From an uncultured Planctomycetia bacterium (GTDB lineage: Bacteria > Omnitrophota > Gorgyraeia > 1-14-0-20-64-10), in NCBI GenBank assembly GCA_964597545.1, contig CAZQXN010000010.1, positions 140-64,139 of the forward strand: a DNA stretch of 64,000 nucleotides, given 5' to 3'. The position numbers and the translations under genes were made by a program. Below the pieces are notes generated by a model that was not told the origin of the DNA, made no database searches, and saw nothing but the letters and a program-made list of their open reading frames with translations. Positions 45,586 through 56,434 of this stretch are shown here, piece after piece; the first letter of the stretch is position 1, and every line of letters begins with the position of its first letter.

Positions 45586-45621
45586 TACTACAAGCTTACA
45601 CTCTGAGAGGCCATTTTTCAA
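45586..45621 (-). promoter_or_regulatory. putative promoter of the 1406-aa gene
   Basis: TTGAAA-N17-TAAGCT followed by TGTAGTA. Confidence 0.45.
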
Positions 45622-45652
45622 GTCAAATAGCTAAAACTGTATTACTACTTAC

Positions 45653-46156
45653 CTAGGGCGCAGGGGCGTAGAAGAGTTGGAGCCCGGTATGAACCGCAAA
45701 ACTGACAATCAACCCTGAAAAGATCACTCCGCAGGCAATGGCTGGCAAGGCAATACGAAAGGGAAACCGGAAGATATAGGCAGCTGCGCATCCTGTCCAA
45801 GCACCGGTGATGGGCAGTGGAATCATCACAAAGAGGGTCAGTCCCACTGCTTCCAGCCGGCGAACAAACCGGGTCTTGGCCTCAGTGGAATAGAAAAGCC
45901 AGGTGAAAAACTTCTCGAAGAACGTAGAGTGGTGGCTCAACCATTTGGAGACACCATCGAGGAAAAGGAGCAGCGGAATGACCGGCAAGAGGTTCCCCAG
46001 CACCGCCCACAGGTAAGCTGATCGAATGGGCATCTCCAACAGGGTATGCCCAATGGGAATCGCACCCCTGAGCTCTGAAATCGGCAAGGTGGCAATCCAA
46101 AAGACGATCCACCGAGGCGGAAGGTTCTGCAGGAACTCAACGATGCTCTCGATCAT
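45653..46156 (-). CDS. small multidrug export-like membrane protein (COG2426)
   Basis: LPISELRGAIP, GN..P.IP, LFV.IPLP.TGAWTG. Confidence 0.9.
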   Translation of the reverse strand: MIESIVEFLQNLPPRWIVFWIATLPISELRGAIPIGHTLLEMPIRSAYLWAVLGNLLPVIPLLLFLDGVSKWLSHHSTFFEKFFTWLFYSTEAKTRFVRRLEAVGLTLFVMIPLPITGAWTGCAAAYIFRFPFRIALPAIACGVIFSGLIVSFAVHTGLQLFYAPAP

Positions 46157-46830
46157 TCAGATCCGGTCTCCTCTGCTCCAACCTCTCCAGACTTCCAGCC
46201 GGCCTCGCCTACCAAAGGAACAAAGAGGCAACCGCACAGATCCTTTGTCTCTAGCTTACCCTCGTGACGCTCCACCAATCGCAGGGTCTGCGCCAAGGGA
46301 TCCCCGACCGGAAGAATCATGCGACCAGCTTCGGCCATCTGCTGAATGAGCGGCTCCGGTACGTTAGGGGATGCAGCCGTCACCACGATACGATCAAATG
46401 GAGCCTCTTGGGCCCAACCAAGGGTACCATCTCCTGACCGAATTGTAACCCCTTTTATACCAAGGGGTTCGAGCCGCTCTTGGGCATCTTGGGCAAGGGC
46501 TTCGATGCGTTCAATGGAGTAGACGCGCGCTCCCAAAGCCGCCAAGATGGCGGTTTGATAACCAGAACCGGTCCCCACCTCTAAAACCTTGGCGCCAGTG
46601 CAAACCTCAAGGCGTTCAGTCATCAAGGCTACAATGTAAGGTTGAGAGATGGTCTGGCCGGATCCGATGGCCAGGGGGCGATCTTCGTAGGCCTGCGCTT
46701 GGCGATCCTCAGGAACAAATCGGTGCCTGGGTACCAAACGCATGGCCTTAAGCACCTTAGGATCCTGGATGCCGCGGCGCACCAACTGCTCGGCCACCAT
46801 CCGCTTCCGCTCCTCCTCAAACTGCCTCAC
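46153..46830 (-). CDS. pcm: protein-L-isoaspartate O-methyltransferase
   Basis: VPRH.FV, GQTISQPY, LEVGTGSGYQ, APFDRIVVTA, FVPL. Confidence 0.97.
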   Translation of the reverse strand: MRQFEEERKRMVAEQLVRRGIQDPKVLKAMRLVPRHRFVPEDRQAQAYEDRPLAIGSGQTISQPYIVALMTERLEVCTGAKVLEVGTGSGYQTAILAALGARVYSIERIEALAQDAQERLEPLGIKGVTIRSGDGTLGWAQEAPFDRIVVTAASPNVPEPLIQQMAEAGRMILPVGDPLAQTLRLVERHEGKLETKDLCGCLFVPLVGEAGWKSGEVGAEETGSE

Positions 46831-46870
46831 CTAAGCACCCTCCGCCCATGGCGCAGTCGAGGGAAAGTAT

Positions 46871-47046
46871 GGGGCGATGCTGCGGTGGGGCGGTCCACAC
46901 GCGCACCGTTGGGAGGCCGTGCGGGCATGGTGTCCCCGCTGCGTAATGTGGCTGGGGACGAGCACGGCCGGATACCGGAGCGAGGATCGCCTCGCTGGGG
47001 CGATCCGAGCGGTGCGCGGTGGACCGACCCGACGCAGGAGCACCCC
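46871..47046. other. 176-nt GC-rich structured intergenic element (unknown ncRNA or MITE)
   Basis: ~40-bp imperfect closing stem (GCGGTCCAC-A-CGCGCACCG pairs with CGGTGCGCG-GTGGACCG) topped by two hairpins. Confidence 0.6.
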
Positions 47047-47053
47047 AATGTGA

Positions 47054-47770
47054 TCACTTGCGCCATTGGCGCAGGTTGCGCAGGAATAGAAAGAACCTAA
47101 AGGTATCCCGAAGCGGGCGAATGAAGCTGAGTTCCCGACGATAGACGGAACTCACCGGAATCGAAGTCACCTGAAAGCCCGCCCAGGCAGCCTTGACCAA
47201 GAGTTCCGACTCAATCTCATAGCGCTCGGAATTTAACTTCACTCTCTTGATGACATCGGCCGAGATCATCCGAAACCCGCATTGGGAATCAGGGATCCAT
47301 TGGCCGGTCATCCGTGAGAGGAGCCACGACATGATCTTATTCGTCAGCCAGCGGTCAAAGGGCATTCCCCGGGGCTTACCCATGCGGTTGCCCAGGATCA
47401 CATCCAACTGACCCACCGCGACCACCTCCATGAAATGGGGAATCTCGCTGGGCAGGTGTTGGCCGTCAGAATCCATCACCAGCACCCAAGAAAAACCCTG
47501 CTTGAGGGCCGCGGCAAAACCTTCTCGAATGGCCCTTCCCTTGCCGCCGTTGACCTTGCGGGTTAAAACCTGGGCCCCGGCTGAGCGGGCCTCTAGTGCT
47601 GTGGCATCGGTGGAGGCATCGTTGACGACAATGACCGGAAGGCCAAAGGCCTTAATCTCCCGAATGAGGCTTCGTATGGTCCGCTCTGCCTGATAGGCGG
47701 CGATGACCACAACAACCTTGACCTTATCAAAACTAGAGGATGACACCCTGCCCCGGCTTCCAGAATTCAT
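47054..47770 (-). CDS. GT2-family glycosyltransferase (DPM synthase-like)
   Basis: VNDASTD, N.GKG, MDSDGQH, DSQCGFR, YEIESE. Confidence 0.92.
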   Translation of the reverse strand: MNSGSRGRVSSSSFDKVKVVVVIAAYQAERTIRSLIREIKAFGLPVIVVNDASTDATALEARSAGAQVLTRKVNGGKGRAIREGFAAALKQGFSWVLVMDSDGQHLPSEIPHFMEVVAVGQLDVILGNRMGKPRGMPFDRWLTNKIMSWLLSRMTGQWIPDSQCGFRMISADVIKRVKLNSERYEIESELLVKAAWAGFQVTSIPVSSVYRRELSFIRPLRDTFRFFLFLRNLRQWRK

Positions 47771-48614
47771 GGAACATGTACCACTGGGTTGGATATTTGC
47801 GGATGTATCGGGTCATGGCATTGAGCGCGCCTTCGGTCAGATGGCGAACTGTCTCTTCGTGAGAGAGCCCCTGCGGGCTCTCGAGGGGTGGCTCGCAGAT
47901 GAACCGGTAGGTGCCATTGTTCTCTCGAACCAAAAAGGCAGGCAGGATGGGGGCCCCCGTTCTTAAGCTAAATGCAGCAGGACCGGTGGGGACCTGAAGC
48001 GTCTTTCCAAAGCAGGGGAGTTTCAGTCCCGACTCAAAGAAATCTCTGTCACTGACTAAGGCCAGGATCTTGTTCTGTTTGAGCGCCTGGATGGCAGACT
48101 CAAAAAAAGCTCGGATGCGTTTGGGCTGCACCGGAAGCCCCATGACCCCGACACGCTGGCGCTGCCGCTGAAACAGGGCATCGACCCGCGGGCTCTGATG
48201 CGTAAAGACCGCCGCATGGATCGGAAAACCAGAGAGGGCAAATACCGCCCCTGCCATTTCAAAATTGCCCAAGTGTGCTGTGATGCCAATGGCCCCTTTG
48301 CCGGCATCCAGGGCAGCCCGGGCATGCTCCAACCCCTCCACCTGGATGAGCTTTGAGATCTTGCGGGCATTGAGCCAACTGAACCGGAAGAAGTCCACCA
48401 GGTAAATGGCGAAATTCCTAAAGACCTCTTGGACCTGTTCTTCCGTGACGCGCTCAGGACCCAATATGGCGGTAAGATTCGCGCGCACCGCCTTGCGATC
48501 TTGAGGAACGCGCTTGCTGTAGCGATCGGCACCCCAACAGGCCAAACCATGGGCCACCCGCCTAGGCAGCAGGAAGACAACAAACGATCCGAAGCGATAG
48601 AGCAGATACAGCAT
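47733..48614 (-). CDS. lysophospholipid / lipid A-type acyltransferase (LpxL/PatA family)
   Basis: AHLGNFE, DRD, GPA, P.QWYMF. Confidence 0.88.
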   Translation of the reverse strand: MLYLLYRFGSFVVFLLPRRVAHGLACWGADRYSKRVPQDRKAVRANLTAILGPERVTEEQVQEVFRNFAIYLVDFFRFSWLNARKISKLIQVEGLEHARAALDAGKGAIGITAHLGNFEMAGAVFALSGFPIHAAVFTHQSPRVDALFQRQRQRVGVMGLPVQPKRIRAFFESAIQALKQNKILALVSDRDFFESGLKLPCFGKTLQVPTGPAAFSLRTGAPILPAFLVRENNGTYRFICEPPLESPQGLSHEETVRHLTEGALNAMTRYIRKYPTQWYMFHEFWKPGQGVIL

Positions 48615-49726
48615 CAGTTCCCCAAGATTAGCTTTGCCGTTTCAAGCGCAGAATGGGGCCGACCCAGCTTCTGAGCGCTGGCGCAAACAGACTTTAACTC
48701 AACGGGACTGGTCAGCAAACGTTGAACCAACCGAGGAAGCTCCTCCGGGCGCTTTGCGAGAAAAGCAGCATGGGTTTCAACTAAAAACTGGGCATTGCGA
48801 GCTTCCTGCCCAGGGATGGGGTTGAGTGCAATGATGGCGACTCCTTTGGCCAACGCCTCAGAGGCCGTAACCCCGCCGGGTTTGGTGATGATCAGATCCG
48901 AGACGCTCATGAGGTCAGAGACAAAATCAACATGCCCAAACACCTGGATGGGGTGGCGCAAGCGCGGGGCACGGGTGATCAGCCGGTGATACAGCGTGGT
49001 ATTGGTTCCGGCAACCGCCAACAGCTGCATGGGAACCTTGAGGCGATCGAGGTGGGCAACCGCCTCCAGCATGGGACCTAACCCCTGCCCTCCCCCCATC
49101 AGCAAAACCGTCGGAATTCCGTTAGAGATCTGGAGCCTGCGACGGATCTGACCAACGTCCGGAGCCTCCCCGAAGACCGGATCGATGGGGATCCCGTAAT
49201 GGAACACGCGAGAGGGTGCGACCTTGCGGTCTAGCAGCCATTGCTGGGTCTTCTGGGCTGCAACAATGTAGCCGTCCACCGCATCGTCCACCCAATAGCT
49301 GTGGGGAGAAAAATCTGTAATGATGCCGTAGAGCGGGGTCTTCAACTTGTTCTGGCGCTTGTAATCCGCGACCAATCCGCAGGGAAAGGCCTGGGTGCAG
49401 GCGATGGCGTCGGGCTCAAACTCCTCTAACAAACCCCGCAGGCGGGGAGAATCATAGCGGTGCAGGAGCTGGCGCAGGTTCTGAGACCGGCGGACAATTT
49501 TGGGGTTGTCGTACAGATAATCCCACAACTCCGGCAGCTTTTGGATGACCGAAAGGTACATCTGGTCCACAATGCGGGCCAAGACGGGATTGAGGTATTG
49601 GAAGGCATTGATGGAGAGGACCTGTGCATTCGGGTGGAAGCGTCGAATACCCTGCTCGATCGCTCGGGCCGCCTGGTAATGGCCCGAGCGAACCGTAATG
49701 TACATGAGCAGAATCTTCTGCCGCAT
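48614..49726 (-). CDS. MGDG-synthase/UgtP-family glycosyltransferase (GT28)
   Basis: GH..AA.AI, ITDF..H..W, GIPI, MGGGQG, TKPGG.T.SEA, PGQE..N. Confidence 0.9.
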   Translation of the reverse strand: MRQKILLMYITVRSGHYQAARAIEQGIRRFHPNAQVLSINAFQYLNPVLARIVDQMYLSVIQKLPELWDYLYDNPKIVRRSQNLRQLLHRYDSPRLRGLLEEFEPDAIACTQAFPCGLVADYKRQNKLKTPLYGIITDFSPHSYWVDDAVDGYIVAAQKTQQWLLDRKVAPSRVFHYGIPIDPVFGEAPDVGQIRRRLQISNGIPTVLLMGGGQGLGPMLEAVAHLDRLKVPMQLLAVAGTNTTLYHRLITRAPRLRHPIQVFGHVDFVSDLMSVSDLIITKPGGVTASEALAKGVAIIALNPIPGQEARNAQFLVETHAAFLAKRPEELPRLVQRLLTSPVELKSVCASAQKLGRPHSALETAKLILGN

Positions 49727-49734
49727 GGAGTCGG

Positions 49735-50946
49735 CTATCCGGAGATGGCCAGAACCTTCTTGATGCGCTCCAGGGCAATCTGCAGGCGATCCTCCGGTTC
49801 CACCAAAGCAAATCGGATGAAGCCCTCCCCGTACTCCCCAAAACCACTGCCTGGGGCAGTGACCACCCCCGCCTCCTCCACCAAAAGTTTGGAAAATTCT
49901 AGAGAGGTCAGGCCGCTGAATTTTGGCGGAATGTGGGCCCAGATATAGAAGGTGCCCTTAGGCTTCCTCACCTTCCAATCGAGGGCATGGAGCCCCTGCA
50001 CAAAAAGATCTCGGCGCTTTCGGTAGATTTCCACCGTTTCGGCAACGCAATCCTGGGAACCGGTGAGGGCTGCAATCGCTGCCTCTTGAACTGCCCGGAA
50101 GATTCCGAAATCAATGTAGGATTTGGTCTTCTCCAGGGAGCGCAAAATCTGAGCATTGCCCACCGCCCAACCGATCCGCCACCCCGCCATGTTGTAACTC
50201 TTGGAGCAGGTGTGAAACTCGATGCAGTTGTGCTCCTTGGCCCCCTTGACCTGAAGCAGGGAGGGCGCCTTGTAGCCGTCGAAGACCACATCGGAATAGG
50301 CAAGATCCGAGCAGAGGATGATCTCTTTACCGCGAATCCAATCCACGAGCTCCCTGTAGAAGCCGATGTCCACGCAAGCGGTGGTGGGATTGTGGGGGTA
50401 GCCAACGATCAAAAACTTCGCCATCCGGATGACTTCCCGGGTGAGGCTCTTTAAGTCAGGCCGGAAATCGTTTTCCGGTCCAATCGGCATGTTGTAGAGG
50501 ATCCCGCCAGCCATGATGACGCCGTTTCCGTGCACAGGGTAGGCGGGGTTGGGAATGAGGCCGATGTCATCGTTGTTGAGGAAAGCCAGCGAAAGATGGG
50601 CGATCCCCTCCTTGGACCCGATCAAGGGAAGAACCTCGGTGACCGGATCGAGCTTGACGCCGAAGCGCTGATCGTACCACTGAGCGATCGCCTCCTGGAG
50701 GCGCATCTCCACATCGCCGTGCGGCCTGGAATAGCGCTGATTCTCGACCTTGCGGGCTGCGCGGGCCAGCTCCTCAACGACGTGGGGCGGAGTCGGCATA
50801 TCGGGGTTGCCCATCCCCAGATCAATGGGATCCACACCCCGCGCCTGGGCCTCGGCCTTCAGCTCATCAATGATGGTAAACAGGTACAGCGGCAACCGCT
50901 TCATCCGGTTGGCCTCATGCATGTGCAGATCGTCAGGTTTTTTCAT
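49735..50946 (-). CDS. class I/II PLP aminotransferase (LL-DAP aminotransferase/AlaC type)
   Basis: DLGMGNPD, GSKEG, YPHNPT, DLAY, SKSYNMAGWRIG. Confidence 0.9.
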   Translation of the reverse strand: MKKPDDLHMHEANRMKRLPLYLFTIIDELKAEAQARGVDPIDLGMGNPDMPTPPHVVEELARAARKVENQRYSRPHGDVEMRLQEAIAQWYDQRFGVKLDPVTEVLPLIGSKEGIAHLSLAFLNNDDIGLIPNPAYPVHGNGVIMAGGILYNMPIGPENDFRPDLKSLTREVIRMAKFLIVGYPHNPTTACVDIGFYRELVDWIRGKEIILCSDLAYSDVVFDGYKAPSLLQVKGAKEHNCIEFHTCSKSYNMAGWRIGWAVGNAQILRSLEKTKSYIDFGIFRAVQEAAIAALTGSQDCVAETVEIYRKRRDLFVQGLHALDWKVRKPKGTFYIWAHIPPKFSGLTSLEFSKLLVEEAGVVTAPGSGFGEYGEGFIRFALVEPEDRLQIALERIKKVLAISG

Positions 50947-51854
50947 GAGAGCGCCTCAAAAGCATTGTAAGAAGAACGAACATACGGAGCGCTGGCCACA
51001 AACTCAAACCCCAGTGCCTCACCCTGCCTACGATACGCGTCAAAGGTCTTAAGGTCTATGAAATCCGCAACCGGCCGCTGGGCCGGGGTGGGCTGCAGGT
51101 ATTGACCGATGGTCAGTATCCCACAACCGCTCTCGCGCAGATCGACCATGGTCCGGGTCACCTCGTCGGGTGTCTCACCCAACCCCACCATGAGGCCGCT
51201 TTTGATCTTCATCTGCTTCGGCCGCATCTGACTGGCCAACCGAAGGCTTTTAAGTGACTCGCGGTAACTGGCCTGCGGTCGAATCTCGGGGCTAAGCCGT
51301 TCAACGCATTCCACGTTGTGGCTCAACACATTGGGACCGGCCTCAATCACCTGCCCGAGAAGCTCCTCTCGTGCATGGAAATCCGGCGTAAGCACCTCAA
51401 CTTGAATGTGAGGTGACCGCCCCTTGATGGCCCGAACAGATGCGGCAAATTGCCCGCTTCCCTCGTCGGCCAAATCATCTCGCGTGACCGAGGTCACCAC
51501 CACATACTTGAGCCCCAAGCGCATGACCGCCTCGGCCAGGCGTTTGGGCTCTTCAGCATCCACAGCTGCCGGTTGACCCTTCGAAACCGCGCAAAAGGTG
51601 CAGCGGCGGGTGCAGCACTCACCCAAGATCATGAAGCTCACGTTACCGTGGCTCCAACACTCTCCCAAGTTCGGGCAGCGGGCTTGCCGGCAAACCGTGG
51701 CAACCCCCAACTCCCGAACCAGCGCATGGGCCTGACTCCACTGCCCCTGGATGGCCAAGGGCCGGTGCAGCCACTGAGGAAAGCGAGATCCCTCGGTCGC
51801 TTTGCTCCCTCGGGATGAATTCGGGCAGATCGCTTGCGTTACTTCGTCCCTCAA
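50943..51854 (-). CDS. lipA: lipoyl synthase
   Basis: [31 protein letters not shown]. Confidence 0.97.
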   Translation of the reverse strand: MRDEVTQAICPNSSRGSKATEGSRFPQWLHRPLAIQGQWSQAHALVRELGVATVCRQARCPNLGECWSHGNVSFMILGECCTRRCTFCAVSKGQPAAVDAEEPKRLAEAVMRLGLKYVVVTSVTRDDLADEGSGQFAASVRAIKGRSPHIQVEVLTPDFHAREELLGQVIEAGPNVLSHNVECVERLSPEIRPQASYRESLKSLRLASQMRPKQMKIKSGLMVGLGETPDEVTRTMVDLRESGCGILTIGQYLQPTPAQRPVADFIDLKTFDAYRRQGEALGFEFVASAPYVRSSYNAFEALS

Positions 51855-52945
51855 GCGATGCCCTCATTCAATTTCTTTATGATCGCCTCAGCCATTTGGC
51901 TCGTTCCAACGCTCGTCGGATCATCCCGATTGGGCTTAAGGTCATAGGTCACAGACTTGCCCTCTTTGAGAACCTGGGATACCGCTTGATCCAGTCGATC
52001 GGCTGCGTCATTCTCTCCCAGGTAGCGCAGCATCAACATCCCTGAGAGGATGGTGGCTGCGGGATTGACCTTATTCTGACCTTGGTACTTGGGGGCAGAC
52101 CCATGGATCGGCTCAAAAACAGCGATCCCCTCACCAACGTTAGCTCCGGGGGCAACGCCCAATCCCCCCACCAGCCCCGCGCACAAATCTGAAATGATAT
52201 CGCCATACAGATTCGGCAGCACCAGGACATCGTAAAGTTCGGGCTTCTGAACCAGCTGCATGCAGAGGTTATCGATCAACCGCTCATTAAACTCAATGCG
52301 GCCCTCATATTCCTTGGCAATCTTCCGAGCGGATTCCAGGAAGATGCCGTCGGAAAACTTCATGATGTTGGCCTTGGTGACGGCGGTCACGAGCTTGCGC
52401 CCGTTCTTAACCGCATACTCAAAGGCAAAGCGGACAATCCGCTCCGAGGCAGAGGGGGAGATCGGTTTTAATGAGATGGCGCTGTCCGGCTTAATTTTCT
52501 TGGTACCGTGCCTGCCTACCCAATCGATGAGCTCTTTGACCTCTGGGGTGCCCTGCTCGTATTCGATGCCGGCGTACAGGTCCTCGGAGTTCTCACGCAC
52601 CACCACCAAATCAACCTGAGGGTGCCAAGCGCGCACACCCGGGTAAAGCTTGGTGGGCCGCAAACAGGCATACAGATCCAATGCGTGGCGCAGCGCCACA
52701 TTGACTGAGCGAATCCCCTTGCCGATGGGGGTTGTAATCGGCCCCTTTAAGGCAAGCTTCGTCTTCCGAATGGCCTTGAGGGTCGATTCAGGAAGGGGGG
52801 TGCCATACTTCTCCATGACCTCTTCTCCGGCCTCGCACACTTCCCAGTCAATCTTGACCCCGGTCGCATTGACGCAGTCGCGAGCAGCAAAAGCCACATC
52901 AGGACCGATACCGTCGCCAGGAATTAAAATCGCTTTGTACGCCAT
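51851..52945 (-). CDS. isocitrate/isopropylmalate dehydrogenase family (probably NAD-IDH)
   Basis: [44 protein letters not shown]. Confidence 0.92.
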   Translation of the reverse strand: MAYKAILIPGDGIGPDVAFAARDCVNATGVKIDWEVCEAGEEVMEKYGTPLPESTLKAIRKTKLALKGPITTPIGKGIRSVNVALRHALDLYACLRPTKLYPGVRAWHPQVDLVVVRENSEDLYAGIEYEQGTPEVKELIDWVGRHGTKKIKPDSAISLKPISPSASERIVRFAFEYAVKNGRKLVTAVTKANIMKFSDGIFLESARKIAKEYEGRIEFNERLIDNLCMQLVQKPELYDVLVLPNLYGDIISDLCAGLVGGLGVAPGANVGEGIAVFEPIHGSAPKYQGQNKVNPAATILSGMLMLRYLGENDAADRLDQAVSQVLKEGKSVTYDLKPNRDDPTSVGTSQMAEAIIKKLNEGIA

Positions 52946-52952
52946 AGAGTCC

Positions 52953-54119
52953 TCACAGTTTCTGAATGAATTGATCTAACCGATCCAACCCTTCCAGCAG
53001 CGCCTTCTCCCCCAAGGCAAAGCTTACGCGAATATGGGTATCCCACCCGAAACCAGCCCCTGGGATCACGGCCACCAGAGCCTCCTGAAGGAGCCGCTCT
53101 GAAAACTCGGTGGAAGGTAAGCCGGTCTTGGAGATGTCGACAAAGCAGTAGAAGGCCCCACTCGGCTTGACAAAGGAAACCTGAGGGATTTTGTTCAACC
53201 GCTCTGTCAGCAAATCCCTGCGCTTCTTGAAGGCCGCGGCCATCTGCTTAACCACCTCGGGATCCCCGGTCAACGCTGCCAGGGCAGCCTTTTGGCTGAT
53301 CGAGGTGGGGTTGGAGGTGGAGTGATCCTGCAGCCGGCCGGCAGCCTTTACCGCCTCCTTGGGACCAGCAAAATATCCGATGCGCCAGCCGGTCATGGAG
53401 TAGGTTTTGGAAACGCCGTCGACCACAAAGGTGCGCTCCTTGATCTCGGGCGCCACCTTGGCAATGGAGGGGGCTTCCCCTTCGTAAACCAACTGGGTGT
53501 AGATCTCATCGCTGATGATCCAGAGATTCCGCGCCTGAGCGATCTTCGCGATTCCCTTGAGGCGCCCCGCATCCAACACCGCCCCGGTAGGATTGGAAGG
53601 GGAGTTTACGATAAGGCATTTGGTGTTCGGGGTGCAGGCCGCATCGACCGCCTTGGGATCCAAACAAAAGCCGTTGGCTGCCTCGGTCTTTACCTCAACC
53701 GGCTTGGCTCCGGCCAGGCGGGCCATCTCGGGATAGCTGACCCAATAGGGCGTGGGGATCAAGACCTCGTCCCCAGGCTGAACCAACACCTGCAGGATAT
53801 TGTACAAAGCATGCTTGGCTCCACAGGTGACATTGACCTGTTCAGCGGTATAGGTTAACCCTTGCTCGCGCGCCAGGGTGTCAACAATTGCGCCTTTGAG
53901 CTGCGGCATCCCGGTGGAAGGGGTATATTTGGTAAACCCTTCCTCGATGGCAGCTACAGCGGCACGCTTAATGGCCTCAGGTGTGTCGAAATCCGGCTCC
54001 CCGGCAGCAAGGCTAATGACATTCTTGCCTTGTGCTTTGAGCTGTTTGGCTAAGGCGGTAACACGAAGTGTGGCGGAGGGTTGGACCGCCTGGATGCGCT
54101 CAGTGAGCATGGAGGCCAC
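52953..54119 (-). CDS. aspartate aminotransferase (class I)
   Basis: [34 protein letters not shown]. Confidence 0.93.
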   Translation of the reverse strand: MASMLTERIQAVQPSATLRVTALAKQLKAQGKNVISLAAGEPDFDTPEAIKRAAVAAIEEGFTKYTPSTGMPQLKGAIVDTLAREQGLTYTAEQVNVTCGAKHALYNILQVLVQPGDEVLIPTPYWVSYPEMARLAGAKPVEVKTEAANGFCLDPKAVDAACTPNTKCLIVNSPSNPTGAVLDAGRLKGIAKIAQARNLWIISDEIYTQLVYEGEAPSIAKVAPEIKERTFVVDGVSKTYSMTGWRIGYFAGPKEAVKAAGRLQDHSTSNPTSISQKAALAALTGDPEVVKQMAAAFKKRRDLLTERLNKIPQVSFVKPSGAFYCFVDISKTGLPSTEFSERLLQEALVAVIPGAGFGWDTHIRVSFALGEKALLEGLDRLDQFIQKL

Positions 54120-54128
54120 CTTTTGGGT

Positions 54129-54788
54129 TTAAGGATTCTCGCGGCGCTTGAACAGGTTGCGTAAACCGCCTAAGAACCCCTTGGGTTTTTCCGGCTTAGG
54201 TTCTGTTTTCTTCGGCCCCTTCTCTAACTTGGGCCTTGGAGGAGCTTTGGGCTTAGGGGGGCGTGGAGCCTTGGGGGCAACCTCGGCCTTCTTTGGCTTC
54301 GGTGCAGGAACCTCTTCTTGGGGCTTGCCTGCCTCTGGGGGTGTGGGAACTCCCGCGGGTGCCGCCTGCTCCGGCTCGGGTTCTACTTCTTTCTTCTTCT
54401 CCCGGGTCACGGTCTTGGGCTTGCGCTCCTCAGAAAGCTCAACCAACTCCAAGATCACCAAGCGGGCACCATCCCCAGCGCGGATTCCGTCGTGGAGAAT
54501 TCGGGTGTACCCACCGGCCCGCTTTGTAAAGCGCGGAGCCACCTCAGCAAAAAGCCTACGTACAAGCGTGGGATCGTTGAGGAGCTGACGCGCCCGTCTG
54601 CGGGAAGAAAGGGTTCCCTTCTTGCCCAAGGTAATCAGCCGCTCGACCAACCGCTGTGCTTCTTTGGCGCGCGCCAGGGTGGTCTGAATCCGCTCACTCT
54701 TGATCAGTGCTTGGGAGAGGCTCAAGACCGTGGCCTTGCGCCAGCTCCGGTTTCGGCCCAAATCTCTGGTATGGACAGCGTGTGCCAT
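54129..54788 (-). CDS. rplQ: 50S ribosomal protein L17 with ~100-aa C-terminal extension
   Basis: LGR..S.RKA, TTLARAKE, RAGGYTRI, R.GDGA. Confidence 0.97.
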   Translation of the reverse strand: MAHAVHTRDLGRNRSWRKATVLSLSQALIKSERIQTTLARAKEAQRLVERLITLGKKGTLSSRRRARQLLNDPTLVRRLFAEVAPRFTKRAGGYTRILHDGIRAGDGARLVILELVELSEERKPKTVTREKKKEVEPEPEQAAPAGVPTPPEAGKPQEEVPAPKPKKAEVAPKAPRPPKPKAPPRPKLEKGPKKTEPKPEKPKGFLGGLRNLFKRRENP

Positions 54789-54792
54789 GGGG

Positions 54793-55785
54793 TTACGAGG
54801 AAAGCTGCTCCAGTGTGTGGCGATCGAGTTTCATACCCAGGCTCAATCCCATCCCATTGAGGATTTCTGAGATCTCAGAGAGGGACTTCTTGCCGAAATT
54901 GCGGAACTTCAGCATTTCTGGTTCACCCTTTTGGACGAGATCGGCGATCAGCTTGATTTTTGCCTCTCGCAGACAGTTGGCAGAACGGACCGAGAGCTCC
55001 AACTCTGAAACCGGCAGCCGCAGCTTCTCGACGACCTCGGGCGAGAGGGCCTCTTCATCCTCACCGGCATCATCCGACGGCAGATCACCAAAGATCGAGA
55101 AGACCTCCAGGTGCTTCTGGAAGATGTGGGCTGCGGTTAAGAGGGCGTCCTTGGGATTCATGGATCCGTTGGTCCAGACCTCAAGCACCAACCGGTCGTA
55201 GTCGGTCATCTGGCCCACGCGGGTGTTCTCCACATAGAAGTTCACCCGCTTGACTGGGGAGAAGACCGAATCCACCGGGATGACACCAATCGGTTGGGAC
55301 TCCTTGCGATTGCGATCAGCAGGCACATAGCCGCGCCCCACCCCCATCTCCATTTCCAGGTGGAACTTGGCAGGCTTGGTCAGGGTAGCAATGTGCATGT
55401 CGGGATTGAGGACCTCTACGGTTTCATCGGTTGTGATCTGCCCTGCCGTTACCGCGCCCTTCTTCTCTGCTGTAAGGGTCAAGGTCTTCGGAGAACGGGC
55501 GTGAGACTTGAGCACCAAACGCTTGATGTTCATCACAATCTCCGAGACATCCTCTCCCACCCCGGGGAGGCTGGAGAACTCGTGCAGGACCCCGCCAAAT
55601 TTAACAGAGGTCACTGCAGCTCCCTCCAGGGAGGAGAGGAGCACGCGCCGCAAGGCGTTGCCCATCGTCATCCCATATCCCCGCTCAAAGGGTTCAATGA
55701 AAAACTTTCCATAGGTCGGAGAATAGGATGCTTCATCCACTTCAACCCTTGATGGCATTTCAAAATCTTTCCAGGCGATTCCCAT
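54793..55785 (-). CDS. rpoA: RNA polymerase subunit alpha
   Basis: EPFERGYG.T.GNALRRVLLSS, ELSVRSANCL, NFGKKS. Confidence 0.99.
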   Translation of the reverse strand: MGIAWKDFEMPSRVEVDEASYSPTYGKFFIEPFERGYGMTMGNALRRVLLSSLEGAAVTSVKFGGVLHEFSSLPGVGEDVSEIVMNIKRLVLKSHARSPKTLTLTAEKKGAVTAGQITTDETVEVLNPDMHIATLTKPAKFHLEMEMGVGRGYVPADRNRKESQPIGVIPVDSVFSPVKRVNFYVENTRVGQMTDYDRLVLEVWTNGSMNPKDALLTAAHIFQKHLEVFSIFGDLPSDDAGEDEEALSPEVVEKLRLPVSELELSVRSANCLREAKIKLIADLVQKGEPEMLKFRNFGKKSLSEISEILNGMGLSLGMKLDRHTLEQLSS

Positions 55786-55804
55786 GCCGCAACCTCCTTA
55801 AACG

Positions 55805-56434
55805 CTATTTTGAGTAAAGCTCGACGATCAAAAGCTCTTGGATGGGGAACTGAACATCCTCGCGACTCGGAACCCCCACCACCGTTCCAAAGGGCTCATC
55901 TGGATGGCGATCCAACCAGGGGGGCATCTGCCGCTCCTTGGTCAACTCTCGGTTTTCCCGTACAATCTTTAAAAGCTTCTCAGACCCGGCTACCCGAACC
56001 AGATGTCCAGCCCTCACTTGAAAAGAGGGTATATTGACACGGCGATCACTCACCGTAATGTTGCCGTGGCGTACCATCTGCCGGGCCTGCGTACGAGAGA
56101 CCGCAAACCCCAATCGAAAGACCACGTTGTCCAAGCGCCGCTCCAAAAGCTCCAAGAGCTTCTCGCCCGTAACCCCTTTGGCGCGCGCCGCTTGAGCGAA
56201 GACTTTTCGGAACTGCCGCTCCAGCAATCCATACATCCTCTTGACCTTCTGCTTCTCCCGCAGCTGCAGGCCATAGTCCGACATCTTTCTCACGCGAGCC
56301 TGCCCATGCTCACCCGGGGGAAAGCTCCGTTTCTGATAGGGGCACTTCTCAGTGACACACTTGTTGCCCTTAAGGAACAGCTTGATCCCTTGGCGTCGGC
56401 AGATGCGACAGGCCGGTCCCAAGTAGCGCGCCAT
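55805..56434 (-). CDS. rpsD: 30S ribosomal protein S4
   Basis: MARY.GP.C..CRR, LREKQK, LERRLDNVV, IVELYSK. Confidence 0.99.
   Translation of the reverse strand: MARYLGPACRICRRQGIKLFLKGNKCVTEKCPYQKRSFPPGEHGQARVRKMSDYGLQLREKQKVKRMYGLLERQFRKVFAQAARAKGVTGEKLLELLERRLDNVVFRLGFAVSRTQARQMVRHGNITVSDRRVNIPSFQVRAGHLVRVAGSEKLLKIVRENRELTKERQMPPWLDRHPDEPFGTVVGVPSREDVQFPIQELLIVELYSK

Noticed and set aside
46827-47066. 79-aa and 70-aa ORFs in the gap between the GT2 gene and pcm
   Set aside because: Non-protein-like composition; the region is better explained as a structured element.
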